Origin: a virus
Strand: one strand, 5' to 3'
DNA: 64,000 nt
Virus record (IMG/VR): IMGVR_UViG_3300029908_000007
Coordinates: 98,309-162,308 of that record
The position numbers and the translations under genes are program-made. The notes beneath the pieces are model-generated. The model made no database searches. It saw only the letters and a list, made by a program, of their open reading frames with translations, and had not been told where the DNA came from. The number at the start of each line of letters is the position of its first letter. Position 1 is the stretch's first letter. Shown here in pieces: positions 21,406 through 30,970 of the stretch.

Positions 21406-21981
21406 ATGAGCCCTATTTTTAGAATGTTTGCCCTTGTTTTTGTTGCTGTTTTGGTTAATTTCAGTTGCCAAAGCTGTTCTTCTATTGGTATAAAACCATT
21501 CCCCGAGTATAAAGGCGTAGATCCTAGAGCTGAGAGCATTGTCAAAGAATATAAAGAATTGGCTAGAATTCAAGGAATCGTCTTTAAAAACGAGGTAACT
21601 GTTGGATTTAAAACGATAAATCGTGGAACAGTGATTGGCATTTGTACCAGAGCGCCGTTTTGGCATGAAGTGGATTTGGATCTTGATTTCTGGAATCAAG
21701 CCACACAAACATCGAGGCTGGCCCTGGTCTTGCATGAATTATCACATTGTTACTGCGAACGCGGACATGATTGGGGCAATGCACACGATTACCCCGAAAC
21801 TTCCAGCGAAAGGCTCAAAGAGATCTTGGATTCGTTGGCGGAAGGCAAAGTACCTCCTGGACGGTACGATGACAACTGTCCTCAGAGTTTGATGTTTCCA
21901 GAAATTTTAACCGATGGTTGCGTTAAAGCTCACTATGGCGATTTTTCGAAAGAGCTATTCCAAAGATGTGTGCCATACTAA
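21406..21981 (+). CDS. Lipoprotein metzincin metallopeptidase
   Basis: Signal peptide/lipobox; HELSHCYCERGH (HExxHxxxxxxH); SLMFP Met-turn. Confidence 0.7.
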   Translation: MSPIFRMFALVFVAVLVNFSCQSCSSIGIKPFPEYKGVDPRAESIVKEYKELARIQGIVFKNEVTVGFKTINRGTVIGICTRAPFWHEVDLDLDFWNQATQTSRLALVLHELSHCYCERGHDWGNAHDYPETSSERLKEILDSLAEGKVPPGRYDDNCPQSLMFPEILTDGCVKAHYGDFSKELFQRCVPY

Positions 21982-21982
21982 T

Positions 21983-22351
21983 ATGCTTGACAGCGCCCAA
22001 ATAAAAAATATCACGTATCTTTATACTAAGTTCATGGAAAGCGAAGAACTGGGCTGGAGTGATGTCGACGATTGTCTTGAATTGCTCCAATTTTTGGATG
22101 ATTTTCAGCTTTGCAGAGAATGCGATGTTCTTTATTCGCACCACAAGTACAAAAACATGGGCTGCGAATTCGATCATAAACCTGGTTCGGTTTGTATTGT
22201 TAAAAATATTTTAGAAGCCGTGGATGCTATTTTGGAACTTTATAAAGAGACAAACAGCCTTCATGTTAAAAATCGTTACGTACTCTCGCACTATCTAGCA
22301 TTAGCCCAAGTTGGTAAGATTATAGAATTGCCAAGTTCTGAAGTTTATTGA
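21983..22351 (+). CDS. Hypothetical protein
   Basis: ATG follows the upstream stop; 122 aa. Confidence 0.55.
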   Translation: MLDSAQIKNITYLYTKFMESEELGWSDVDDCLELLQFLDDFQLCRECDVLYSHHKYKNMGCEFDHKPGSVCIVKNILEAVDAILELYKETNSLHVKNRYVLSHYLALAQVGKIIELPSSEVY

Positions 22352-22608
22352 ACCCTGAGTGGTAGAATTTGAAGACTAGATAGGCAATTCATGGCTGCGT
22401 TATATTGTTTTTCATTGCCTTCGTCTAGGGTGCGCAGGATATTGCTCATTAGAATGTCGTAGTACTTTTCAGCTTCCTGACGGGAGAAAGCAAAATCGCC
22501 GTCCTTCTGGTAAAAATCGCTGCCAATTTGTATAACGTAGGTATTAGCTTCGGCTCTGAAGATCTGTTCCTTGGTAATTCCTGCGAACGGTCTCTTCTTC
22601 TTGCTCAT
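22345..22608 (-). CDS. Hypothetical protein
   Basis: 87 aa, overlaps the stop of the CPBP gene. Confidence 0.55.
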   Translation of the reverse strand: MSKKKRPFAGITKEQIFRAEANTYVIQIGSDFYQKDGDFAFSRQEAEKYYDILMSNILRTLDEGNEKQYNAAMNCLSSLQILPLRVQ

Positions 22609-23147
22609 AAATGTCCCACAGCCGCCCTTACCGTCATGATGGTCGCGAAGTCATAGAGCATGTGTCCCAACATAAGAGTTGTAACACCATTCTTTTCAAT
22701 GAACCTAACAGCGTAGGGGATATAAAAAGAAATCATAGCCGCAGCAAACACGCCTTGGTAAGTGTGTCCCGTGAAGAAGGAGAGCATAACAAAAGCTAAT
22801 AATAGCATGTGGACAGGCCACATCCACTTACTGGTTCCCAGCATGCGTTTCAATAGAACTAAGGGAAAACTATAGCATAAGTCTTCCCACCCGACAAACG
22901 CGGTTCCACCAATCGGTAACATGTAGGCGGTTTGCGCTTGTTCTAATCCGATTCCTTGCGAGAAAGCGGTTTTGATCATAAAATATCTAACTACTGACAT
23001 GCAGGCCATGAACAAAACCCATTTACCAAAAACTTTAGGTTTGAAAGATAGCAGATTTTTATATTCGGATTTCCAAACACAGTAAAAGGTAAAAACGCCT
23101 AAGCACCAATATGGAAGCATACGAGTGGCAAATTCTAAAAAGCTCAT
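22605..23147 (-). CDS. CPBP (CAAX protease/Abi-like) intramembrane glutamic protease
   Basis: Multi-TM; WED, FFTGH and HMLYD motifs; late motif upstream. Confidence 0.7.
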   Translation of the reverse strand: MSFLEFATRMLPYWCLGVFTFYCVWKSEYKNLLSFKPKVFGKWVLFMACMSVVRYFMIKTAFSQGIGLEQAQTAYMLPIGGTAFVGWEDLCYSFPLVLLKRMLGTSKWMWPVHMLLLAFVMLSFFTGHTYQGVFAAAMISFYIPYAVRFIEKNGVTTLMLGHMLYDFATIMTVRAAVGHL

Positions 23148-23169
23148 AGTTACCTCAAGTTAAAGATTC

Positions 23170-23430
23170 TTACGAAATAGTTCCAGTTCCCACACCAGTG
23201 CCCGCGCTAGGAGTTCCTGGAGGTGACGTAACTGGGATAGTTACCACGTCTGCAGTAGTTACTAACGCGTTGCTTACAAAAAATGGAATAATGGCATTTG
23301 CGATTCCCAAAGATAGGGCCGGTATATAATTGGGAGTACTTACGGATCCACCGAATTGGGCTTCAATAGCTGCGGTGATCGCTGCGGTTAATGCACTTTG
23401 TAATACCGTTTCTTGTCCTGTTATTGGCAT
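23170..23430 (-). CDS. Small virion protein next to the spike (possible spike tip)
   Basis: 86 aa; GTGVGTGTIS C-terminus; context. Confidence 0.45.
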   Translation of the reverse strand: MPITGQETVLQSALTAAITAAIEAQFGGSVSTPNYIPALSLGIANAIIPFFVSNALVTTADVVTIPVTSPPGTPSAGTGVGTGTIS

Positions 23431-23438
23431 AATATCTC

Positions 23439-24374
23439 CTATTTTGTAAATACGTGTGTGCTTAACGACGGATCCATTGGAACCAAGGGAGGGCCGGTTG
23501 GAACCGCGAGATCGCCGATATGAGTGTGAGCATTGTACAATGTAGCAAAAGTATTTCCTTTGATTACGGCTTCAACCGCACCTACTCCTAAATCGATATT
23601 GCTTCCGTCTATAGTCGTGAGACCTTCGGCGATAATATCCGTGGTCCCCGTAGTTTGGATACTAGTATTTCCCTGATTTATAACATTAATATTTCCAGTC
23701 GCCGTTACCGTCACGTCTCCACTTTTAGCCATCGTAAACGTAGCCGTGCTGTGGGCAACACTAAAGCTTCCATCGGTTGAAATCTGGACAACTGTATTGC
23801 CTTGGCTGGGGTCAACCGGCGTTCCGTCACTATTTGTGGCGCCTTTAAAAGTTAAGGCCGTAGAACCGTCTGGGTTGACTGCGACATTGACACCGTTATA
23901 CTCGCCCTGCAAACGAGGTTGAGTATCTACAAGAGTGGTCGATCGATCGGGATTAGGAAATCCTCCAATGATCATGGCTTTATTAGAAGTGCCATCCAAA
24001 CAAAGAAGTAGAACAATACTACCATTTTGTCCACTAAATCTAACCGCCTCACCTGTATAGGTCTGTTGGGTTTTGGCTCTAAAGTTCATTTCGAAAAAAT
24101 CGGCGACGCCACCAAAGGAATCATTGGCCAAACATTTTTTATACCTAATAGTCGTGGCTCCGCGATCCTCATCCTGCTGGGTTGTGACTACATCGTACTC
24201 GGTCGACAATTTGGTTCTATTTTCTGGATCACTTATTGGATAAGATGCAACCACAACTCCAGCCCTGAGTGCTGTGTCTTTATAGCTCTTATTGAATCCA
24301 GCCATTTGAGAACTGACGGAATCGCCCAACAAACCGGAAGGAAGTACGGCGCCATTTTCTAAGTAGTTGCTCAT
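23439..24374 (-). CDS. Baseplate central spike (gpV/gp5-like)
   Basis: OB-like N-terminus, beta-helix-type repeats, C-terminal YNAHTH metal-binding motif. Confidence 0.75.
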   Translation of the reverse strand: MSNYLENGAVLPSGLLGDSVSSQMAGFNKSYKDTALRAGVVVASYPISDPENRTKLSTEYDVVTTQQDEDRGATTIRYKKCLANDSFGGVADFFEMNFRAKTQQTYTGEAVRFSGQNGSIVLLLCLDGTSNKAMIIGGFPNPDRSTTLVDTQPRLQGEYNGVNVAVNPDGSTALTFKGATNSDGTPVDPSQGNTVVQISTDGSFSVAHSTATFTMAKSGDVTVTATGNINVINQGNTSIQTTGTTDIIAEGLTTIDGSNIDLGVGAVEAVIKGNTFATLYNAHTHIGDLAVPTGPPLVPMDPSLSTHVFTK

Positions 24375-26245
24375 GTGTTGGTATTCTCCCCGCCGCCAGT
24401 GCGTTGAGGGCTGTTAATAGAAGTGCCTGTATTGGGTTGAGGAAATCCGGTTCCACCACCATGCGGGGTATCTGGATTAGAAGGAGCGCTTCTGTAAACC
24501 GTGTCTTGGCTTTCTGATACTCCGGGAAGAATTTGATTATGTTTGTAATCGTTTTGTCGCAAAGCGTAGGCATCGGAGAATGTCATTTCCGCGTATTTTA
24601 AGCCTTGTTTGCTGGAACCAATGCTTATGCCGTGACTAACACTTAGTGTGGTTACAAATTTCTTCCTACCATCTGCGGGTGATATCGCACAGGTATGTGA
24701 GATCTGTTCTATGTGATACACGACTCCGTTGAACTGTAGATTATCTCCTACTGCGATGGGATCTACGATGCCCACGCATTCTATGGTTCCGTTCATTTTT
24801 AACTGGCCGCCGATAAGAGCATCTCCCAATATCTTGGCCCAATAAACGCTTTTATAATCGGTCTTATTGGCATAATTAACGGGTTCGTCGAAAAGGGAAG
24901 TGACTACATAAGGTCGGAGCCCGCTTCTCTTGACATCATCGACGTCGTAAAGATAGTTCTTTTGTGCGGTTTCAGAAGAAAGATCGTAGCCTTCTGGACC
25001 CAATGTAGACCTACCGAAGTACTGAACAAAATTAATTCTAGCAGATTCGTCTCTACCTAGATCAAAATTATAAACTATGGCAGGATCTATCTTCCATCTT
25101 GGGATGTTCATAAATCTAGTAACTTGAAAACCACCTACGGCAAAATCATCATTCGTGAAAGGTATTTGTCTGAAAACCACGGTTGGCATGACATCACCAT
25201 CTGGGGAGAGCCTAAAACAGGTATATAGTTCGTTGATTGGAGCATTGGAGAATTGATTAAGGATTGACCAAACCTGAACCTGATTCCAATATTCTGGTTT
25301 GGTTACGGTTTCACCCTGGCATTTATTGCTGGTAACGAAAAATCTTCCATCGTCTTGCGAAATCGTTGGGTTGAGACCGCTGGCAGCGTCTTGACTAGCA
25401 TTGGCGTTATAACTCTGTATACCAAAAAGATAGTTGTACACGTCTTTAGCCGCAACGGCTTCCGGCACATTCAATAGTTTCCCCAAAAGACCGGGAATAA
25501 AAAATAGTGTGTTTGGACTTTTAACTATGCCTTTTACAAATCTTCCATTGTCGCCTATCCCATTTCCAACTAGAACTTCTATCAAGAACTGCATTATGTC
25601 CTGAACGTTAGTAAGTCCTTTATTGGTTACCATGAGCGCCCAGGCAGAGGCTAGGTTGGTAAACCATAGATTGACGTTATTTTGTTCGGATTGATCGACG
25701 AGATTTTGATTAAAGTAAATGGTATTATTGAATTCCGTGAAAGCAAAACCCGTAATTCTATATACCAGCGATTTAGTTCCTTTTTCCTGATCAATAATAG
25801 CCAATGATTCTCTGACCCCTTGTACTTTGAAAACACCCTTAAATCCGTCATTGGCTCCATTGATGGGTAAACTATTTCTGGCGTTGTCGGCAACACGTCG
25901 GGCTTCGGATTCCCAGTTCAACATATTTACTATTACGAAATCACCGGGCGCGATTTCGGTTTCATAATTTACGTCGGTCATAAGAAGAGTGGCCGACATA
26001 GAGGGAGTAAGAACGCCTTTATTAACATTGGCGGAAACCTGAATACAGTCGTTTTCAACTACTAACGGTTTAGGTCTCACCGTGGTATAGTTGACTCCAT
26101 TGCTTGGAGTCGTCCTAAGCGTATCTCTTTGTTGCCAGCTTACGAAAGTTAGGACCCAGGTAGGACTGCTTTGATTTACAAAACCTTCTCCTTGGCCGTT
26201 ACCATGTACGGTTAGGGGATATGTGTAGGCGTTGGTATTCGCCAT
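24371..26245 (-). CDS. Baseplate hub (gp27-like)
   Basis: 624 aa between TMP and spike; IAVGDNL...YHIEQISH. Confidence 0.7.
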   Translation of the reverse strand: MANTNAYTYPLTVHGNGQGEGFVNQSSPTWVLTFVSWQQRDTLRTTPSNGVNYTTVRPKPLVVENDCIQVSANVNKGVLTPSMSATLLMTDVNYETEIAPGDFVIVNMLNWESEARRVADNARNSLPINGANDGFKGVFKVQGVRESLAIIDQEKGTKSLVYRITGFAFTEFNNTIYFNQNLVDQSEQNNVNLWFTNLASAWALMVTNKGLTNVQDIMQFLIEVLVGNGIGDNGRFVKGIVKSPNTLFFIPGLLGKLLNVPEAVAAKDVYNYLFGIQSYNANASQDAASGLNPTISQDDGRFFVTSNKCQGETVTKPEYWNQVQVWSILNQFSNAPINELYTCFRLSPDGDVMPTVVFRQIPFTNDDFAVGGFQVTRFMNIPRWKIDPAIVYNFDLGRDESARINFVQYFGRSTLGPEGYDLSSETAQKNYLYDVDDVKRSGLRPYVVTSLFDEPVNYANKTDYKSVYWAKILGDALIGGQLKMNGTIECVGIVDPIAVGDNLQFNGVVYHIEQISHTCAISPADGRKKFVTTLSVSHGISIGSSKQGLKYAEMTFSDAYALRQNDYKHNQILPGVSESQDTVYRSAPSNPDTPHGGGTGFPQPNTGTSINSPQRTGGGENTNT

Positions 26246-28431
26246 TATCTACCGCCCTGAGGTTGTCTGCTTCTAGACGTGGGATGAAAAAAAGATCCCT
26301 CTTCTTTTTTGACCGGAGTTCTTCCAACTATATCTAGGTTTTCTTTTACAGCTTTATTGAACTTATCTAATCCATCAGCGGCTGGGACTATCACATCTTT
26401 CAGTCCTCTAAAACTTTCCAATATAGCTTTGGAATCCGCTGCCAAAGCTTTGACCATTTCGTCTTCCGCTCTTCCGGTTTCACCGGGACCTTCCAACTTT
26501 TTCTTTGCCATTTCTTCGAACATATCTGTTCGACCAGCTCCTGCGGGCTGAGTTGTGCCCTTAATAAAAGCTTCCATTTGTTTGCGATTTTTAGCCATTT
26601 CAGGGTATTCTATAGCAGTTACTTTAAACAATTCTTGTTCTTGCTGATTGATTTGGCCACCGACTTCTCCCATTCCTTTAGCACTTAGTGGTCCCATCAT
26701 CTGCGCTCTTTTTGCGGCAAGACTCTTAGTTAGTACATCGCCTTGAGGCAAGCGATGAATTGCTCCAGCACCGGCTTTTTGTAATCTACCTACAAGATCT
26801 TCTGGAGATTTGCCATATTTACGGGATAACTCTTGTACTATGGGATGATCGGCAGATAATTGATCGGCGGGAATCGTAGAAAGCGAAGCTCTGTCCATTG
26901 GGGACATACCTCCAATTACGGAATCCTGAAGCATGCCAGCGGCACGCATGACGCCTTGAGGTCCGGTGTTGGCCGATGTTATCTGATTGAACGCCTGATA
27001 AGCACCTTGGGCGCCTTGAATGCCTCTGGTAGTGGGTTCCGCCATGAAACCGCCGAAGCGCTTTACAATGTTCTCGATATCTGCTTGATTACCGGTTTCA
27101 CTTCTAGAAATTACCTGAGCCGTGGCGTCTAGGAATTTGCGATTCTCTTCTCTGAATTCGCTGCCATCTAAACCCAGTCTATTGCCTTCGGCGATCATTT
27201 TGACAAATGCCTGAGTAGAAGCTTGTGAACTTCCCAGGGTTTGGGAAAGATTTCCCAGGATTCCACCGGCATTGGTGATATCCATGTTTCTTGCCGCTTG
27301 TAAGCCTGTGACAGAACCTCTGCCCATTCTAGTAGATCCGCCAGCTCCTATGATCTGGCCCGACATCTGGGCCGCCATGTCATCAGTAAATCCAGCACCA
27401 ACCGCTCGTTCTCTGAATCCTCCGGGGCCGTGAAAAGTGCTGTAATCCAAACCGAGTTGTCGTTGTGTGGAAAGATAGCCTCCAGCGGCTCCTCTAAACT
27501 GTTCTTGAGCCCTCAATTTCTTGAGCCCTTCGGGACTGGATTTAAGTGCTTCGTATTGTTTGGCTTGTTCTTCTTCGAATTCCTGTCGTAGCTCCGCCTG
27601 GACCATATCCTTTTGGCCTTGATTTCCGAACACACCCATAAGTGATTGTCTTGGCCTGAGAATCGCGGCTAGCGGATTATTCAGCCTACCTTCCATGCGC
27701 TCACCGGCGACGCCATGAGCTTTAGCTCTTTCACCCCTAAACATAAACTCTTCCATTGACTTGCCAGCGTAGAGTGCGTTGAACTGGGCTCCAGGGGCTC
27801 CGGCTTGAGCTATGGAAGCCGATAAGAGTTCTGTGGCTCTACCACCGGATTCCGCGAAAGATCTGCGAATGTTTTCGATCATCAAGGCGACACCGGTGAT
27901 GGCCGCTGCGGCGCCGGTTACAACGGCTGCGGTTCCTGTTATCGAAGAAGTGAGAGAAGAAAGAGCCGCAGTAGAACTACCTTGATTCCCAGGAGCTGGG
28001 CCGCCGGTTAGATTTCCACGGTTAACCAACGTATGTAGTTCGCCCGTGGTTCTAAGTTCTTGCTTCTTTAATTCGTTAAGCCTTTCCTGAATCTGAAACT
28101 TTCTTTGTTCGCTTGCTAATCCGCTGGCTTGTTCTTTATTTAGGTCGCCTTGAAGTTTTTTTATGACTTCCATCTTGCGACGGGTTTCTTCGAAAATCTT
28201 ATCGGATTGCTGTTTTGCTTTGTTTTGCTCTTGCTGGACCTGGCCCGAAGAAGGCGCTCCTGGAAGGCCTCCTAGACCCATGGCACGCATTTTCTGGTCG
28301 ATCTGGCGCTGCTGCTGGAGAAGATTGGCGGGATTATTCAGCTGATTGAGCTGTTCTTGCATCCTTTTGACGGCGCTTTGAAAAGCTTTATCATCCAGAT
28401 CAAGACTGATTTTTAGTTTTTTCTCTGCCAT
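26245..28431 (-). CDS. Tape measure protein
   Basis: 728 aa, helical A/G/Q-rich; KLKISLDLDDKAF N-terminus; position upstream of the hub. Confidence 0.75.
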   Translation of the reverse strand: MAEKKLKISLDLDDKAFQSAVKRMQEQLNQLNNPANLLQQQRQIDQKMRAMGLGGLPGAPSSGQVQQEQNKAKQQSDKIFEETRRKMEVIKKLQGDLNKEQASGLASEQRKFQIQERLNELKKQELRTTGELHTLVNRGNLTGGPAPGNQGSSTAALSSLTSSITGTAAVVTGAAAAITGVALMIENIRRSFAESGGRATELLSASIAQAGAPGAQFNALYAGKSMEEFMFRGERAKAHGVAGERMEGRLNNPLAAILRPRQSLMGVFGNQGQKDMVQAELRQEFEEEQAKQYEALKSSPEGLKKLRAQEQFRGAAGGYLSTQRQLGLDYSTFHGPGGFRERAVGAGFTDDMAAQMSGQIIGAGGSTRMGRGSVTGLQAARNMDITNAGGILGNLSQTLGSSQASTQAFVKMIAEGNRLGLDGSEFREENRKFLDATAQVISRSETGNQADIENIVKRFGGFMAEPTTRGIQGAQGAYQAFNQITSANTGPQGVMRAAGMLQDSVIGGMSPMDRASLSTIPADQLSADHPIVQELSRKYGKSPEDLVGRLQKAGAGAIHRLPQGDVLTKSLAAKRAQMMGPLSAKGMGEVGGQINQQEQELFKVTAIEYPEMAKNRKQMEAFIKGTTQPAGAGRTDMFEEMAKKKLEGPGETGRAEDEMVKALAADSKAILESFRGLKDVIVPAADGLDKFNKAVKENLDIVGRTPVKKEEGSFFHPTSRSRQPQGGR

Positions 28432-28532
28432 TTCAATACCTTAGCGGTTTGGTCTTTAAATACTAAAAGACCATATAGGTAAAGATTCCAATCTTTGACC
28501 CTACCCCGGCGTTATATCATAAATGGATGGAA

Positions 28533-28709
28533 TTACTGTGAAAACAATAGCTTAATAGGCCCCGCTATGGCCGCAAACAACGTGACGTAGATGAGATAGA
28601 ACTGAAAGGGGCTAAAACCCCTTTCCTTAAAAGACATGAATAGAAGGATGGGCCCAAACACCACCAGCATATCTAGCCAAGCTCTCAGATAGGCCTTGAC
28701 ATATTTCAA
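28533..28709 (-). CDS. Small two-TM membrane protein (not in the ORF track)
   Basis: TTG start; MKYVKAYLRAWLDMLVVFGPILLFMSFKERGFSPFQFYLIYVTLFAAIAGPIKLLFSQ. Confidence 0.4.
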   Translation of the reverse strand: MKYVKAYLRAWLDMLVVFGPILLFMSFKERGFSPFQFYLIYVTLFAAIAGPIKLLFSQ

Positions 28710-28852
28710 TTACTTGGTCTCCCCTAATTGCTTTACCAGCTTTGCTTTCTGGCCCACAAATACCTGGTCGAGATCGCTGCCGTCGCCTTTGATATTGCGT
28801 TCGGTGTATGAAATTAGTTTCTTAATGTACAGGCGTTCCGAGCTTTCTTTTT

Positions 28853-29740
28853 TCATTTTCTTCGCTTTCTTTTTGCTACCGGTCTGTTTTTTTGCCATGT
28901 TGTATCAGTGCTCCTATTGTTATTTAGGTATTCTATAGCTTTTAACATTAAGTCTTGTGAATCGCTAAAATGTCCTAAACCTCTATTGCATTTGTCACAC
29001 AGAAGGCCTCTGATTAAACCAGTCTTATGGTCGTGGTCTACAGACATACGCTTTTTAAAATCTTTTTGGTCTATTTTACATATAGCGCATTTTCCATCCT
29101 GTTGTCTCAAAAAATCTTCAAAATCTTCTAAATTTATTCCATAAGTAGATCTCAATTGACTATTTTTATATTGATGGGGTTTCTTTTTCCTTCTTTCATT
29201 ATCTTGCATTCTTACTCTCTCTATATTGTTCTTTTTCCAGTTATCCGGGGTTCCCAACTGACAATCTATACAAAAAGGTCTAGCGCCATCTTTAGTTCTT
29301 TTACTCGGATAAAATTCTGATAATTTTTTAGTTATTTTACATTTAAAGCAATTTTTAAGTCCTTCTAAAAAAAGAGGATTGTGGGGATGTTTGAAGCTTT
29401 TACCGAAAGGATTTTTAGAACGCATTAAGGTTTTGTCCATATGCGCCGTAGCCTCTTCTAGCCATCCATTTCTGCCAGCGATAACTGGAGCAGATGGGGA
29501 CTCTCTTTCCCAATCAGACGGTCTGTCAAATCTTTTAGCGTCTTCCATTATTTTTTCTTTAATCCAATATCCATTGGGTTTCTTTTTGGGTTTCATATGC
29601 GCTGTCAGTTCTGGTAACCACCCATTTATTCTGGATTTATCGTAAGCGTGTTTAGACTCCAACTTCCAGGCGCTCTTAGAATTAAATCTCAGAGCGTCCT
29701 CTCTACATTTTTCTTTAGTCCAATATCCCCAATTTTTCAT
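28853..29740 (-). mobile_element. Endonuclease VII-family (HNH) homing-endonuclease-like gene
   Basis: QQDGKCAIC...VDHDHKTGLIRGLLCDKCNRGLG; N-terminal WTKEKC/WIKEKI repeats. Confidence 0.8.
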
Positions 29741-29741
29741 A

Positions 29742-30227
29742 TCACCATTTCAAACTAAATTCAAGGTTGATAAAGTCCCGACCAAGATTTTGTGGATATA
29801 AATCACAATTTGAGATGTGATTGTATTCAATCCCCATCCCAGCTCCGTCTTCATCCCTTATTCCAATCCCCAGATTCTCATTAAAGTTGGGAAATATCCC
29901 GCCCAAATAACTATCTGTTGATGTAATCATAGCCAATCCAATCCCACTCCTAATTTCCACAATGCCTTCATGCACAACAATACCAAGTCCGGAGCTTCCA
30001 TAAAGACTACTACTCCTAGCCGGATTGCCACTATTGTCGGTCCAATAACCTACCTTGTTCTGCCAGTAAAGTGATCTTAATAGATAGTAGCGATAGCCCA
30101 AATCCACGGTTTTCGTCTCGATCATCGAATTAGTAGCACTAGGTCCCACACCTAGGCCGTAATTGATGAAGGCTTCATCGGCGAAGACTTGGCTGGCGAG
30201 TAGAAGTAGAAAGAGATATTTCATCAT
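29742..30227 (-). CDS. PagL-like lipid A deacylase/acyloxyacyl hydrolase outer-membrane beta-barrel
   Basis: Signal peptide; amphipathic strands; YNHISN...NLG motif; C-terminal W. Confidence 0.65.
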   Translation of the reverse strand: MMKYLFLLLLASQVFADEAFINYGLGVGPSATNSMIETKTVDLGYRYYLLRSLYWQNKVGYWTDNSGNPARSSSLYGSSGLGIVVHEGIVEIRSGIGLAMITSTDSYLGGIFPNFNENLGIGIRDEDGAGMGIEYNHISNCDLYPQNLGRDFINLEFSLKW

Positions 30228-30245
30228 TTTCCCTCATTTTTTAAA

Positions 30246-30334
30246 GTGCGTGGGCCGCTGGACCACCCTATCTCCACTTAGCCGGAATTGTACCGGCACC
30301 CGCGCACCCTCAGCCCTCCGAAGAGAGCGGAGAT
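30246..30334. ncRNA. GC-rich structured element with a 14-nt inverted copy of the DGR VR 3' end
   Basis: Stems ATCTCC/GGAGAT, GCCGG/CCGGC and GTGCGTGGG/CCCGCGCAC; 30246-30259 is the reverse complement of 30851-30864. Confidence 0.5.
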
Positions 30335-30541
30335 TTAAAATTCACTGTAAGGACCGGACCAGTCCCCGCCACGTTTACCGATGCAAAATAATCGCTTGGA
30401 GACGTATCCACAGATGGGTTCCATCCAATGAGCGCGGGTCCAATGACACACCAGCAGAGGATATTGGCAGAGCATCCACTGATCTTCGCGGTGAAAGACC
30501 AGCCATCCGAAAATAACGGGCACCCTAAAATACAACTTCAT
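30335..30541 (-). CDS. Hypothetical protein (MKLYFRVP...)
   Basis: ATG overlaps the TGA of the frameshift-corrected upstream gene. Confidence 0.45.
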   Translation of the reverse strand: MKLYFRVPVIFGWLVFHREDQWMLCQYPLLVCHWTRAHWMEPICGYVSKRLFCIGKRGGDWSGPYSEF

Positions 30542-30787
30542 CCCCCGCCTCCCTCTTTCATGGCCTCTAGGCTGCGGATACGGGCTATGAGTTCGAGGAT
30601 CGCGGTGGGGGTTGCAAGCTGCGATGAACTCAGAATCCTCTTTTGGTTTGTGCCCAGTGTAAGCCACATACCAAACATCACGAGTAATGTGCGCCGTCTG
30701 AATTACATCATTGTCAGCCGTCTTATGCCAAGGTCCCGGCGTCGCCGACCGTGCGAGTTTTTCAAGAGCGTCGTAATCTGTGGTCAT
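30538..30787 (-). pseudogene. Ead/Ea22-like gene with a +1 frameshift in a C5 tract
   Basis: LEKLARSATPGPW...FIAACNP; removing one C at 30607-30611 restores PTAILELIARIRSLE. Confidence 0.65.
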
Positions 30788-30800
30788 GGGGTTCCTTTCA

Positions 30801-30970
30801 GCCTCCCTTGCGGTCGGCAATTACCTAATCATCAAATGATATTCACGCCTAGCGGCCCACGCACCGAACCGCATAGGTACTGATGCGGAAGCCATAGTAC
30901 ACGACGCCGCCGAGGCTGCCGTTGAATATCCACGCACTGTAGCGACCGCCGGAGAACACCGAGGCGGACC
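30801..30970 (-). other. DGR variable region with downstream IMH-like T-rich tract and hairpin
   Basis: NNC/NNT codons at variable positions; TCATTTGATGATT followed by GCCGACCGCAAGGGAGGC after the stop. Confidence 0.6.

Noticed and set aside
202-28345. Many short antisense or out-of-frame ORFs within structural genes
   Set aside because: Shadow ORFs of S/T/G/A-rich genes, lacking RBS and motifs.
30260-30340. Twister ribozyme (GCCGG...CCGG...GTGGAG resemblance) or tRNA
   Set aside because: The twister pseudoknot pairings cannot be formed, and there is no cloverleaf, anticodon arm or TTC loop.
30246-30864. Invertible segment (shufflon) bounded by the 14-bp inverted repeats
   Set aside because: No recombinase in the window, and inversion would only append an implausible tail to the DUF1566 protein. 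Not fully excluded without reads.
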